Positions 9,519 through 19,902 of a DNA stretch of 64,000 nt are shown piece after piece. The stretch comes from a bacterium. GTDB taxonomy: Bacteria; CLD3; SB21. The translations under genes were made by a program, and so were the position numbers. Position 1 is the stretch's first letter, and each line of letters starts with the position of its first letter. The stretch lies in NCBI GenBank assembly GCA_013360215.1, contig JABWCP010000002.1, positions 62,001 to 126,000 on the forward strand. Reading direction: 5' to 3'. The notes beneath the pieces were generated by a model. That model worked only from the letters and a program-made list of their open reading frames with translations, was not told the DNA's origin and made no database searches.

Positions 9519-10310
9519 CATGGGCAAAACTTACATTTCGAGAAACCGCCCGAACGGGTTGTTTCGCTGATACCGAGCATTACGGAGTCGCTTTTCGAAC
9601 TCGGACTCGGCGATCGCATTGCTGGGATTTCAAAGTATTGCATCTACCCGGAAGACAGAGCCCGGGATAAACCCACAGTCGGAGGGCAGAAAAATCCTGA
9701 TTTTGAAAAAATTTCGAAATTAAACCCGGATTTGATAATTCTTAACGAAGAAGAGAATAAACCGGAGCATATTGCGTTATTTAAAAAAAACTATAGGACT
9801 TTTGTTACATTTCCGCGTATATTTGTCGAAGCAGGGGAGCTGCTTGATCAGCTGGGGTTGATCTTTCATATCCCCGACCGTACAAAAGTTTTTTCTGAAC
9901 AAATACGACTCGATCATAGTCGGCTGACAGCCTTAAGTCCTACACGGCTCCGGGCCTTATATCTTATCTGGCGCAATCCGTGGATGTCTGTCAACCGCGA
10001 TACTTTCATACATGATATTCTGTCTTTGGTTGGTTTGGACAATGTTTTTGCAAACCAAACTCCGCGTTATTTTGAAGTAACACGGGAAATGATTTTGAAT
10101 GCACAGCCGGATGTTATCATTTTACCGGATGAGCCCTATCGTTTTTTGAAAAAACATATTGCAGATTTTGACGGTTTGGACATTCCGGCCGTAAAAAATT
10201 GTAATATTTTTCTGACGGACGGTACTTACTACTGTTGGTACGGTACGCGTACGGCCCGAGCAATAGAGTATATAGACCAAAACATCATACATCGGATTGT
10301 TACATGTTAA
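9498..10310 (+). CDS. BtuF-like helical-backbone metal/cobalamin-binding protein (no signal peptide)
   Basis: PERVVSLIPSITESLFELG, VGGQKNPD, LNPDLII, PDEPYRF. Confidence 0.85.
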   Translation: MTLIIDAHGQNLHFEKPPERVVSLIPSITESLFELGLGDRIAGISKYCIYPEDRARDKPTVGGQKNPDFEKISKLNPDLIILNEEENKPEHIALFKKNYRTFVTFPRIFVEAGELLDQLGLIFHIPDRTKVFSEQIRLDHSRLTALSPTRLRALYLIWRNPWMSVNRDTFIHDILSLVGLDNVFANQTPRYFEVTREMILNAQPDVIILPDEPYRFLKKHIADFDGLDIPAVKNCNIFLTDGTYYCWYGTRTARAIEYIDQNIIHRIVTC

Positions 10311-13300
10311 AACATCTCTTCGTTTTTGTGACGGTATTATCCCTCTCATTACAGGCGCAATATTACGATAATTATTTCGGCACCAATAAGGTGCAGTACA
10401 CGCATTTTCAGTGGAATATTTTAGAAACGGAACATTTTGAGATCTATTATTATCCGGAAATGCGCGAACTCGCTGAACGTGCCGGCGGGTTGGCTGAAGA
10501 GCAATATGCGGAGCTTCAATCCCGGTTTAATCATGCTCTGATTAAAAAAGTACCGATGATTATTTATAGTTCGCACATGCATTTTCAGCAAACAAATACG
10601 ATATCCGCTGAATTACCCGAAGGCATAGGTGGTTTTTTTGAATTTTTCAAAGGTCGGGTAGTATTGCCGAGTGACGGTTCAACCACACACTTTCGTAGGG
10701 TTTTAAGGCACGAATTGGTTCACGTTTTTATGAATTCGAAGGTGAACCGGATCATAAGCCAACATCGAAAATTTAATCATCCCGGCCCCCCGTTGTGGTT
10801 CACCGAAGGTTTAGCGGAATATTGGTCGGGTCAGCCCGATTTTCAGGCTGAAATGGTCATTCGCGATGCGACGCTCAACGGCACACTGTTACCGGTACAG
10901 GAGTTTTGGCGCATTGACGGATCGTACTATATGTATAAACTTGGTGAGAATTTTCTTCATTTTCTCACTGAAAATTACGGTGAAGAAAAAATTCTTCAAC
11001 TCATGGAGAATATTTGGAAATTTGATGAATTTCAAAAAGTCGTAACACATACGGTCGGAAAAAATTACGAGACCTTAAGTCAAGAATGGCTCTACTGGCT
11101 TAAAAAGAAATATTATCCGACTTTATCGAAAAGCGACATGCCGTTTGCGATTTCGCAAACCATTACCAAAGTGGGGTTCAGTTCGAAGCCGGCCTATCTT
11201 TTTGACGGTACTAATGAAGAAATCTTTTTCGTCGCCAATCGCGACGGCTATACCAATATATATCGCCAGAATCTTAAGGAAACCAAGGCAACCGTTTTCA
11301 TCGAAGGTGAAAGAACGCATGAATTTGAGGCGTTTCATTTTTTTAAAAGTAAAATCCACGTCAATGAACAAGGTCAAATAGCATTTGCAACTAAAAGCGG
11401 TGAGCGTGACGTACTATATGTTTATAACACACAAACCGGTAAAAAGGAGCATCAATATACCTACAAAGATTTGACTGGGATCATTTCTCCGCATTGGGCA
11501 CCCGATGGCAAGTCTATTGTCTTTTCCGGACTCCATATGTCGGGTAATAGCGACTTGTATACCGTTCATGTAAGTACGGATGAAACCGACGGTATCCTCA
11601 CACGCATTACCAATGATTTTTATGATGATCGCGATCCGGCATGGAGTCCTGACGGGAAGTACATAACTTTTAGCTCCGATCGTGCGGGTTTTTCGCCGGA
11701 AGGAACATATAATTTATTTATCTATGATCTGGAAACCGCGCGGACATTTCAGTTAACCAGCGGCAAATATCAGGACGCTTCACCAGCATGGTCACCTAAA
11801 GGTGATTACATCGTTTTTACTAGTAATCGTCAGGGAAGTCCGACCAATATTTCAGTTGTTCCGTTTATATATCAAGGTCAATCATTTATAGAAACAGCAG
11901 CGCGAGGCGAATTACAAGACAGTATGTACGCGCACTATGCGCCACGTCAGCTGACCGATCTCACCTCAGCGGTTTTTGACCCGATTTGGACTAAAGACGG
12001 CGATCTTGTAATGACCGCATTCGAGGATTTTAGTTTCAAATTACGACGTATGGAAAAAGCATATGACAAAGCGCGTCAGTTGGTTCCGACAGAACGAAAA
12101 AAAATAGACGGTTTTCGTTATCCATGGACGACACCGAAGGTTTCGATCATTGCAAGCAATACCCGTTCGTATGAAAAAAAATACAGCCTTGATTTCGTCC
12201 AAGGCGCTTTTCAGATCGCACCGACGTACGGCTATGGTGGCGGTGCCACGATAGGATATACCGACATGATGGGCGATGATCAATATTACCTTACCGTTTT
12301 TAATACAGGCCAAACCACTTCCGATATTTTAACGGATTGGAATTTTATTCTGACCAAAGTTAATCTAGGGCAACGTGTAAAATACGCTTATGGTGGTTAT
12401 CGTTTTAAAGGCGAGTTTACTCAAATTGGCGACCAAGGCTTACCAGAGTCAGTGTATGAAGAACGTTATGGAGGGTTTTTTCAAGTTGCGTATCCATTAT
12501 CCAGGTTTGAACGCATTGAAACGGGGGTTTCTGTCAGTCGGTATCAACGCGGAGCTGCTTTTGGCGCGTTACTTCCACTGGATGGGGTAAGCATCGGAAA
12601 TAATATCGGATACGTGTACGATAACGCACTATGGGGAATAACCGGGCCGATAGACGGGCATCGTGCTATGCTATCGCTAGGTTATACATCGGATGCGTAT
12701 AAGTCGCAACAAAACTTTTATACGATTATTGCAGATTACCGTCATTATTTTCGTATCACGATGCGATCAGCGTACGCATTTCGAGCTATGACACAATGGA
12801 ATGACGGTAAAAACCCAAGTAATTTCGTCGTCGGAGGTAGTTGGGATTTACGTGGTTTCCCACGATGGAATATGCCTGGAACACGTTTTTTTGTTATGAA
12901 TCATGAATTGCGATTTCCTTTGATGGACGCTATACAACTGAAGTTCCCGTTTGTAGGCTTGGGTTTCCGTTCAATACGAGGAGCTATATTTACAGACATT
13001 GGAAACGCCTGGGGAGTACAAAAGACCGATGGTCGAGTGATTCTTGGCCATCAAAAATTTGATGGGTTTTTAGGTAGTGTAGGCACAGGGTTCCGCGTTA
13101 ATTTACTTGGCGTTATGGTGCTACGATTCGATTTTGGAAAGATGTTTGATGCGCGCGGTTATAAGTTTGGTAAAATTCGTTTACCCGGTAATCGTGATCG
13201 ATTTGTCGAAACTAAGTTGAATACCAACAAACGATCGGAAGGTTTTGGCGGAATCGACAATGACGGAAGTATAATTGAAAAAAGACGTTGGTCGCGCGGT

Positions 13301-13336
13301 ATATTTTTCCAATTTTGGTTTGGAGCTGATTTCTAA
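10304..13336 (+). CDS. Omp85-family outer membrane protein with N-terminal HExxH peptidase-like domain and TolB/PD40 propeller
   Basis: Likely start ATG 10304 (MLKHLFV..., signal peptide); HELVH..WFTEGLAE; PAWSPDG repeats; GGSWDLRGF and FTDIGNAW Omp85 motifs; terminal F. Confidence 0.8.
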   Translation: MLKHLFVFVTVLSLSLQAQYYDNYFGTNKVQYTHFQWNILETEHFEIYYYPEMRELAERAGGLAEEQYAELQSRFNHALIKKVPMIIYSSHMHFQQTNTISAELPEGIGGFFEFFKGRVVLPSDGSTTHFRRVLRHELVHVFMNSKVNRIISQHRKFNHPGPPLWFTEGLAEYWSGQPDFQAEMVIRDATLNGTLLPVQEFWRIDGSYYMYKLGENFLHFLTENYGEEKILQLMENIWKFDEFQKVVTHTVGKNYETLSQEWLYWLKKKYYPTLSKSDMPFAISQTITKVGFSSKPAYLFDGTNEEIFFVANRDGYTNIYRQNLKETKATVFIEGERTHEFEAFHFFKSKIHVNEQGQIAFATKSGERDVLYVYNTQTGKKEHQYTYKDLTGIISPHWAPDGKSIVFSGLHMSGNSDLYTVHVSTDETDGILTRITNDFYDDRDPAWSPDGKYITFSSDRAGFSPEGTYNLFIYDLETARTFQLTSGKYQDASPAWSPKGDYIVFTSNRQGSPTNISVVPFIYQGQSFIETAARGELQDSMYAHYAPRQLTDLTSAVFDPIWTKDGDLVMTAFEDFSFKLRRMEKAYDKARQLVPTERKKIDGFRYPWTTPKVSIIASNTRSYEKKYSLDFVQGAFQIAPTYGYGGGATIGYTDMMGDDQYYLTVFNTGQTTSDILTDWNFILTKVNLGQRVKYAYGGYRFKGEFTQIGDQGLPESVYEERYGGFFQVAYPLSRFERIETGVSVSRYQRGAAFGALLPLDGVSIGNNIGYVYDNALWGITGPIDGHRAMLSLGYTSDAYKSQQNFYTIIADYRHYFRITMRSAYAFRAMTQWNDGKNPSNFVVGGSWDLRGFPRWNMPGTRFFVMNHELRFPLMDAIQLKFPFVGLGFRSIRGAIFTDIGNAWGVQKTDGRVILGHQKFDGFLGSVGTGFRVNLLGVMVLRFDFGKMFDARGYKFGKIRLPGNRDRFVETKLNTNKRSEGFGGIDNDGSIIEKRRWSRGIFFQFWFGADF

Positions 13337-14487
13337 TGAAAACAATCCTTGTATGCATCATACTGATCTTTCAATTAATGGCTTGCGGCACTACCGGCAA
13401 TATTCGCATTGCTGCTTATTTCAAAAAATCCACGACTTCGCCATGGAGTAATATCGGCGGAAACCCAGGTCGAACCGGATATGCATTAAACGAGCTATCA
13501 GTTCCAATGCAGACAGTATGGACTAAAAAATTATCCACTTCGCTAGGTAAGGCCATTGTCGTATCGGACAGTATCATATATACGACAACGCATGATGGTC
13601 GTTTTTATGCAATACATTCAGGAAGCTCAAAAACGGTCGGATACATTAAATTTATTCACGCATCACAAGCCGGTGCGGCAATAGCCGGTCAGAAAACAGC
13701 TATCGGCATTTCTAACGGGAAACAAAATTTCATCACACACCAAGTTTTTGACGGAAAATTTTTAACAATCAAAAATACCGGTGCCATCGAAACAAACCCT
13801 TTGATATATGACGATCTGGCGTATGCCGGTACACTAAGCAATACGGCCGTTTGCGTGGATATGAATAACGGGGAAACTGTTTGGAGCCACACAACATCTG
13901 CACCGATTCACTCTTCACCTACCATCTCGGGTTCGGCAGTATATTTTGGGGATGATGAAGGAACACTTTTTTCCCTTAATCGCTTCAATGGCAAGTTGCT
14001 CTGGAAACTCAAGCTTGGAGGCCCGATTCTTTCTGCGCCGGTCGCAGACGATAGTCTGGTGTACGTTGCGTGTAACGATAGTACGTTGTACGCAATTCAT
14101 CAAAAGGATGCCGTGATTACTTGGTATTACCGCATAGGATACGATAAACCCGGTAATTTCTATGCTTCACCCGCGGTGGATGAAAAACTTTTATATATAG
14201 GCGCTACCGACGGACGGCTGTACTCATTTGAAAAGCGGAACGGTAATTTAGTATGGATGTATGAAACTAAAGGCCCTATTTCCATCGCACCGGTAATAAG
14301 CAAATCGATTGTCTTTATAGGGTCACAAGATAAAAGCGTATATGCGCTTAATAAACACACCGGGACCTTGGAGTGGCAGTTTGAAACGGAAGGGCGAATT
14401 AAATCTGAAATGGCAATTTACGGCGGTTCACTTTTCGTTGGCTCAGAAAACAACATGCTTTATAAATTTAGCGGGAAACTCAAATGA
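13336..14487 (+). CDS. PQQ-like beta-propeller lipoprotein (BamB-like)
   Basis: Lipobox LMAC; repeated SP/AP...G.L.W propeller blades. Confidence 0.8.
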   Translation: MKTILVCIILIFQLMACGTTGNIRIAAYFKKSTTSPWSNIGGNPGRTGYALNELSVPMQTVWTKKLSTSLGKAIVVSDSIIYTTTHDGRFYAIHSGSSKTVGYIKFIHASQAGAAIAGQKTAIGISNGKQNFITHQVFDGKFLTIKNTGAIETNPLIYDDLAYAGTLSNTAVCVDMNNGETVWSHTTSAPIHSSPTISGSAVYFGDDEGTLFSLNRFNGKLLWKLKLGGPILSAPVADDSLVYVACNDSTLYAIHQKDAVITWYYRIGYDKPGNFYASPAVDEKLLYIGATDGRLYSFEKRNGNLVWMYETKGPISIAPVISKSIVFIGSQDKSVYALNKHTGTLEWQFETEGRIKSEMAIYGGSLFVGSENNMLYKFSGKLK

Positions 14488-15308
14488 ATAGGTACTTACA
14501 GAGCTTGTTATATCTTTTTACTTTAGGGATTCTCGTTCCAGCGATGACTTATTGTCAGAACAAAACTCCATACGGTTATTTAAAGATAATTCCCCTCGAA
14601 AACCGGACTGTTATTTATTTAGACAACGTTGCTTACGAATGGGAAAATGGTAAAGTATTCAAGCTTCTTGCCGGACGACACACTCTCGCGGCCCGGCGAG
14701 ATAATGGTCTTCAAGCGGAACAATTGGACTTTTTACAAAACATTATCATCAACAGAGAGGATACGTTGTCTGTAAATTTGCGTTTCGAAAAAGCCATAAC
14801 GATTCAAACGAATACGCCCAACTCAGCATTTGTTTTTATCAACGATTCGCTATACGGTAAAACACCGTATTTATTTATACCGGATACAGAGGATACCTAC
14901 AATGTTCGCATCAGCAAAACAGGGTATTGGGATACGACCTTTACCATAGTTTCACACGATACGCCATTAACGATGGGATTAAAGCCAAAAAACCATGAGA
15001 TAAAATCGTTAAATGATAATGAGTTTGTTAACGAACGATGGCGCAAACAAGGTATTCATAGTTACAAGAAGCACCTGCTCATAGCGGGTCTAAGCTTGAT
15101 TGTCTCCGGGTACTATACGGCGGCCAATAAAAAAACGGCGGATGACGCTTTTGAAAAAGCGAAGCTGGCCAGACGATCGGGAAATATCGCATTATCAAAA
15201 AAACTGACGGACAAGACCCGCCGTTATGATGATCGCGCCCGAATCGGATTTATCGGTTTACAAATCAGTTCAGCCGGATTTGCAACGCTGCTTTTACTCA
15301 GTCGTTAA
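14484..15308 (+). CDS. PEGA-domain membrane protein
   Basis: AFVFINDSLYGKTP..YNVRISKTGY; C-terminal hydrophobic helices. Confidence 0.65.
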   Translation: MNRYLQSLLYLFTLGILVPAMTYCQNKTPYGYLKIIPLENRTVIYLDNVAYEWENGKVFKLLAGRHTLAARRDNGLQAEQLDFLQNIIINREDTLSVNLRFEKAITIQTNTPNSAFVFINDSLYGKTPYLFIPDTEDTYNVRISKTGYWDTTFTIVSHDTPLTMGLKPKNHEIKSLNDNEFVNERWRKQGIHSYKKHLLIAGLSLIVSGYYTAANKKTADDAFEKAKLARRSGNIALSKKLTDKTRRYDDRARIGFIGLQISSAGFATLLLLSR

Positions 15309-15401
15309 CCATATTAAAAAAAACATTTTTTAAATACGGTGTGACACGCTATATTCTGCCAGTATGTCATTGATTTAGATAAACTGACGTTTCACCCGTT
15401 C

Positions 15402-16628
15402 ATGAAAAAATTCAATATACCTCTTTTTTACCGCAGTTCTATTATCACGGCAATAAAAAATTACCGGCGCACGCTAGATCAACGAAAAAAAGATTTTTCT
15501 CCTACACGTCTTGATTTTGGCCCGGTCGAGTTCCTTATTGCACGCCATTTTGGTTTTTGTTACGGCGTAGAAAACGCAATAGAAATTTCATACAAAGCCA
15601 TTGAAGAAAACCCAGGTAAGCGCGTTTTTTTGCTCAGTGAGATGATCCACAATCCTGAAGTCAATTCCGATCTGCAAAGCCGGGGAGTCCGGTTTATCAT
15701 GCACACACACGGAGAGCAGATCATTCCGTGGACGGATATCAAGAGCGATGATGTTGTTTTAGTACCCGCGTTCGGTACGACCATCGAAATAGAAAACAAA
15801 CTCAAGGATATAGGGATTCAATCCTATACCTACGATACGACATGCCCATTTGTAGAGAAAGTGTGGAACAAAGCGGCTCAAATCGGCAAAGAAAACTATA
15901 CTGTCGTTGTTCACGGAAAACCTTCTCATGAGGAAACACGGGCGACTTTTTCTCATAGCAGACAAGGAGCGCCTACGGTTGTTATTCGCGATATGAAAGA
16001 AGCCGTATTACTCGGACGATTTATTATCGGTGAATTACCCCCGGAAGCGTTTTATCAGTCGTTTGAGAATCAGTACTCTGAGGGATTTGATCCGGGTAAA
16101 GATCTTAAAAGGATCGGTGTGGTCAATCAAACAACGATGCTAGCCAGCGACACCCAAGCCATCGCAGATTATTTGCGCAATCTTATGATTGATAAATATG
16201 ACTTGGACCAAGCATCGGTACATCTGCACTTTGCCGAAACAGGCGATACACTATGTTACGCGACCAACGATAATCAAACTTCCACGTATGGATTGTTATC
16301 GGAAAAAGCAGATTTAGCCGTCGTTGCCGGTGGATACAACAGTTCCAATACGTCTCACATTGTCGAATTATGTGAAGAAAAGTTACCGACCTTTTTTATT
16401 TCATCGGCCGAGAAGATCATCGACTCCCAAACGATAATGCACTGGGACTTTCACCATAAGTTAGAAAAAACCTCTAAGAACTTTATTCCCCAAAAAGAAA
16501 AAGTCATCATTCTGCTTACCAGTGGAGCCTCGTGTCCGGATACGATCGTCGAGGGAATTTTGCTTCGTTTGTTGACTTTTTTTTCAAATGCACGTGATTT
16601 CGATGATGTGATGCATCGCTTCCAATGA
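15402..16628 (+). CDS. ispH: 4-hydroxy-3-methylbut-2-enyl diphosphate reductase
   Basis: GFCYGVENA, IHNP, DTTCPFV, NQTT, TLCYAT, SSNT, SGASCP. Confidence 0.95.
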   Translation: MKKFNIPLFYRSSIITAIKNYRRTLDQRKKDFSPTRLDFGPVEFLIARHFGFCYGVENAIEISYKAIEENPGKRVFLLSEMIHNPEVNSDLQSRGVRFIMHTHGEQIIPWTDIKSDDVVLVPAFGTTIEIENKLKDIGIQSYTYDTTCPFVEKVWNKAAQIGKENYTVVVHGKPSHEETRATFSHSRQGAPTVVIRDMKEAVLLGRFIIGELPPEAFYQSFENQYSEGFDPGKDLKRIGVVNQTTMLASDTQAIADYLRNLMIDKYDLDQASVHLHFAETGDTLCYATNDNQTSTYGLLSEKADLAVVAGGYNSSNTSHIVELCEEKLPTFFISSAEKIIDSQTIMHWDFHHKLEKTSKNFIPQKEKVIILLTSGASCPDTIVEGILLRLLTFFSNARDFDDVMHRFQ

Positions 16629-16692
16629 TGGTTCTCAAGTTAGCGTAAAATCGCTAACATATTTCAAATATTTTATCTTTTATAAAGACCCC

Positions 16693-19600
16693 GTGATCAA
16701 ATCTGTAATAACATATTGCGGGTTTACTTTTTTATTTGTTTTCGGCTCGACGGTATATAGCCAAAACATGGTAAAAGGTTTACCGGTCATTGAGCATTAT
16801 GCCCCACAAACTTACGGAGCGGGCGTAGACAATTTTTGTTTTGTTCAGGATAAACGCGGTTTTATATATGTTGCCAATGGCTCCGGCGTATTGGAGTATG
16901 ACGGCATTCAATGGCGATTGATCCCGTTAGAAAATCGCGCGGCCGCCTCATGGCTTACGATCAGTCCGGAGGGGACGATATTCGTGGCCAGTCTTGGTGA
17001 ATTTGGTTGCTTAGTTCCCGACAGTTCCGGTTTTTTGAAGTATCAATCCCTCGTTAATCGTCAGACTCACCCGCAGTTAAAATTTCAAACATTTTGGGAA
17101 ATGTGCGCTTCGTCGCAAGCGACGTATTTGCGAAGCTATAGGCATTTAGTGCGATACAAAAACGGCAGCATCAAAGTGTGGCCTGCCGATGGAGACGGAT
17201 TCGACATCATGGGTATGGTGTATGATACGATATACACACGTATCAAACATGAAACGATTGTTCGAATCATCGGGGACAGCCTTGTACCGTTGCCGGGCGG
17301 AGACTTCTTTAAAGAAATAAAAATCAACGGCTTCCTTCCTTATCAAAAAAACAAACTACTTATCGCAACCCGTAAAGATGGTCTTTTTATCTACGATGCC
17401 GGCCAAATCAAATCCTTGAAAACGGAAGCGGACGATTACTTAAAAAAATATTTTGTCTATGATACGCGCCAATTGCCGGATGGCGGTTATGTCATCGCGA
17501 CCTTGCAGGGCGGCGTGGTGTTATTCGATGAAGATTTGCGTGTCAAACAAATAATTGATGAAACTTCCGGTTTGCCTGCCAACGGTGTTAATTCGGTGTT
17601 TGTAGATAATAATTTTAATCTGTGGCTGGGCCATAGCTATCACGGCATTACGCGAATCGAGATACACACACCTCTCACGTTGCTCAATGCCTCAACGGGT
17701 ATCAATGGTCGCGTCAAACGCATGCTGCGCCATAAAGGCACTTTATATGTGATGACCAATAGCGGCCTATTTCGATTGACCGAAAAGGGGAATGCATACC
17801 ATTTTGAATCACTGCATTCCGGTGCGCCGTATTATTTTGATATGTTTGTTACGCATGGGCGACTGCTGATCTCTACCGGAAATGGTATTTTAGAGGTGAA
17901 AGATGATAACGTTTTGACACACACTCCTGTATATACGTATGCTGTATTAAATAGCAATCGAGATTCTAATATCGTCTACGCGAGCGAAGGCCTAGGGATG
18001 ACGATTTATCGTGTTGGCAAGTCTGAGAAATGGGAACTTGTAAAAACAATATCTTCTGTCAAAGTAGCCGTACGAACTATGGCGTATGACGAATATGGAG
18101 ACCTTTGGCTGGGTACGGAATATGAAGGCCTCGGGCGTATGCAAATCAATAAAAAGGACCATCTGCCGGATACGGTCGAATTTTTTGATAGCAAATTAGG
18201 ATTGCCTGCCGGTGAAATTTCAGTATGGTCCACCGGTGCAGCGCCATTATTCTCAGGTCATGACGGATTTTATAAATTTTCCCGTCAGCATCACCGTTTC
18301 AATAAATTATCCGAAACTGAAATGGCAATGCATCGAGAAAATAGCGAATATTGGATTGGTTTGAACCAAGGACGGTGGAAGATCACGCCGATGGCTTTAC
18401 AAATAATGCCTGAAAAAACCATCATCAATAGATTACGTGCTATAAAAAACGCCGTTGATTTTATATATTGGCGCGATACGGACGGTACAGAATGGTACGG
18501 CGGTGATTTTCTTATTGCTAAACATAAACCCCAACCCCAAACGCTTTTACCCGAGCGGCCTACGGTTGTACTTCGCCGCGTTATGCAAGGTTTGGAAGTG
18601 ATTTTTTCAGATGATGAAATCAAAAGAAATCATCAGATCGTTTTTGAATCCGAGCCCACGCAGCCGATTCGTTTTGAATTTACTGCACCTGTTTTTGAAA
18701 TGCGGCCTCAGTTTCAGACCCGTATTATCGGTTTGAACGAACAATGGGAATCTTGGGGTAACGATCCTGTTCGTTTGTATGAACGTATACCGGCCGGAAA
18801 CTATCGTTTTGAAGTCAGGGCCCGCGATCATTTTGGACGTATTTCAGAAATAACAGGTGCCGACTTTGTTGTCAATCCACCATGGTATCTTACGCATACG
18901 ATGCTGATGTTATTTGCATTGGTCATTATCGCCTTAGTTTGGCTGTTTATCCGTTATCGGGAACATCGCCTTAAGCAGATGAATCAGGAGCTTGAACGCC
19001 TAGTAGAGGATCGTACGCGTGCGCTTAAAGCCAAAGAGGCACAGCTCATTCAGTCCGAAAAAATGGCAGCACTTGGGCAGATGGTCGGTGGCGTAATGCA
19101 CGAAATCAACAACCCCTTAACATTTATTCAACCCAATCTTGAGTATGTGCAACTTAATTTAAAGAAATTTATCAGTGATATCGCCGCCAACCCCGTAACT
19201 GAAAATCGTCAGGCGGAAATTCGCGAATTTGAGCGCGACACCATCAATGCACTTAAAAGTTCGGCCAAAGGCGCCGAACGCATACGCGATATTGTATCCA
19301 GTCTAAAGAGTTTCAGCGCATACGGTAAAAACCAGGTGATGGATGTTCGTTTGGATCATCAACTATCGGGTGTAGTGGATCTTATTTTTAATCAGAATAA
19401 CGATATTCGTTTTATCCGTTCATTTAACGATACGCGATTTGTACGGATTGATACGATGGAAGTAATGCAATGTGTAGTCGGCATTCTAAATAATGCCGTC
19501 GCCGCAGTTCATGATGCACTGGCTGAAAAGATATTATCGCAGGAAAACGCTGAAATACGCATCCTTACTATGGATGGTCCCGATCAAACAGTGATTTTAC

Positions 19601-19806
19601 AAATAGAAGATAATGGTATCGGTATTCCTGAAGCCGTGCTTCCGAGAATATTTGAACCTTTTTTTACCACGCGCACGATCGGTAAAGGAAAAGGGCTTGG
19701 CCTCTCGGAAGCCTATGCCGTAATTAAGAAACATCATGGTAATATAGAAGTAACGAGCAAAACGCGAAAAGGTACGCGCGTAATCATCACTTTGCCGTCG
19801 GTTTAA
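16693..19806 (+). CDS. Sensor histidine kinase with periplasmic beta-propeller and Y_Y_Y domains
   Basis: HEINNPL H-box, DNGIGI, FEPFFTT, GLGLS; G.YRFEVRA Y_Y_Y; TM after PPWY. Confidence 0.9.
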   Translation: MIKSVITYCGFTFLFVFGSTVYSQNMVKGLPVIEHYAPQTYGAGVDNFCFVQDKRGFIYVANGSGVLEYDGIQWRLIPLENRAAASWLTISPEGTIFVASLGEFGCLVPDSSGFLKYQSLVNRQTHPQLKFQTFWEMCASSQATYLRSYRHLVRYKNGSIKVWPADGDGFDIMGMVYDTIYTRIKHETIVRIIGDSLVPLPGGDFFKEIKINGFLPYQKNKLLIATRKDGLFIYDAGQIKSLKTEADDYLKKYFVYDTRQLPDGGYVIATLQGGVVLFDEDLRVKQIIDETSGLPANGVNSVFVDNNFNLWLGHSYHGITRIEIHTPLTLLNASTGINGRVKRMLRHKGTLYVMTNSGLFRLTEKGNAYHFESLHSGAPYYFDMFVTHGRLLISTGNGILEVKDDNVLTHTPVYTYAVLNSNRDSNIVYASEGLGMTIYRVGKSEKWELVKTISSVKVAVRTMAYDEYGDLWLGTEYEGLGRMQINKKDHLPDTVEFFDSKLGLPAGEISVWSTGAAPLFSGHDGFYKFSRQHHRFNKLSETEMAMHRENSEYWIGLNQGRWKITPMALQIMPEKTIINRLRAIKNAVDFIYWRDTDGTEWYGGDFLIAKHKPQPQTLLPERPTVVLRRVMQGLEVIFSDDEIKRNHQIVFESEPTQPIRFEFTAPVFEMRPQFQTRIIGLNEQWESWGNDPVRLYERIPAGNYRFEVRARDHFGRISEITGADFVVNPPWYLTHTMLMLFALVIIALVWLFIRYREHRLKQMNQELERLVEDRTRALKAKEAQLIQSEKMAALGQMVGGVMHEINNPLTFIQPNLEYVQLNLKKFISDIAANPVTENRQAEIREFERDTINALKSSAKGAERIRDIVSSLKSFSAYGKNQVMDVRLDHQLSGVVDLIFNQNNDIRFIRSFNDTRFVRIDTMEVMQCVVGILNNAVAAVHDALAEKILSQENAEIRILTMDGPDQTVILQIEDNGIGIPEAVLPRIFEPFFTTRTIGKGKGLGLSEAYAVIKKHHGNIEVTSKTRKGTRVIITLPSV

Positions 19807-19902
19807 TGCTATGAAATTTATTGGAACCTTGTAATATAATCTTTCGTACAACCTTAATTCCTAATTCGGTATTTATTTTTTGATCAAGAATCGGAGAAAC
19901 GC

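Noticed and set aside
10235-10303. ORF-track start for the 1033-aa protein
   Set aside because: It overlaps the upstream gene extensively; ATG 10304 gives a proper signal peptide and a short overlap.
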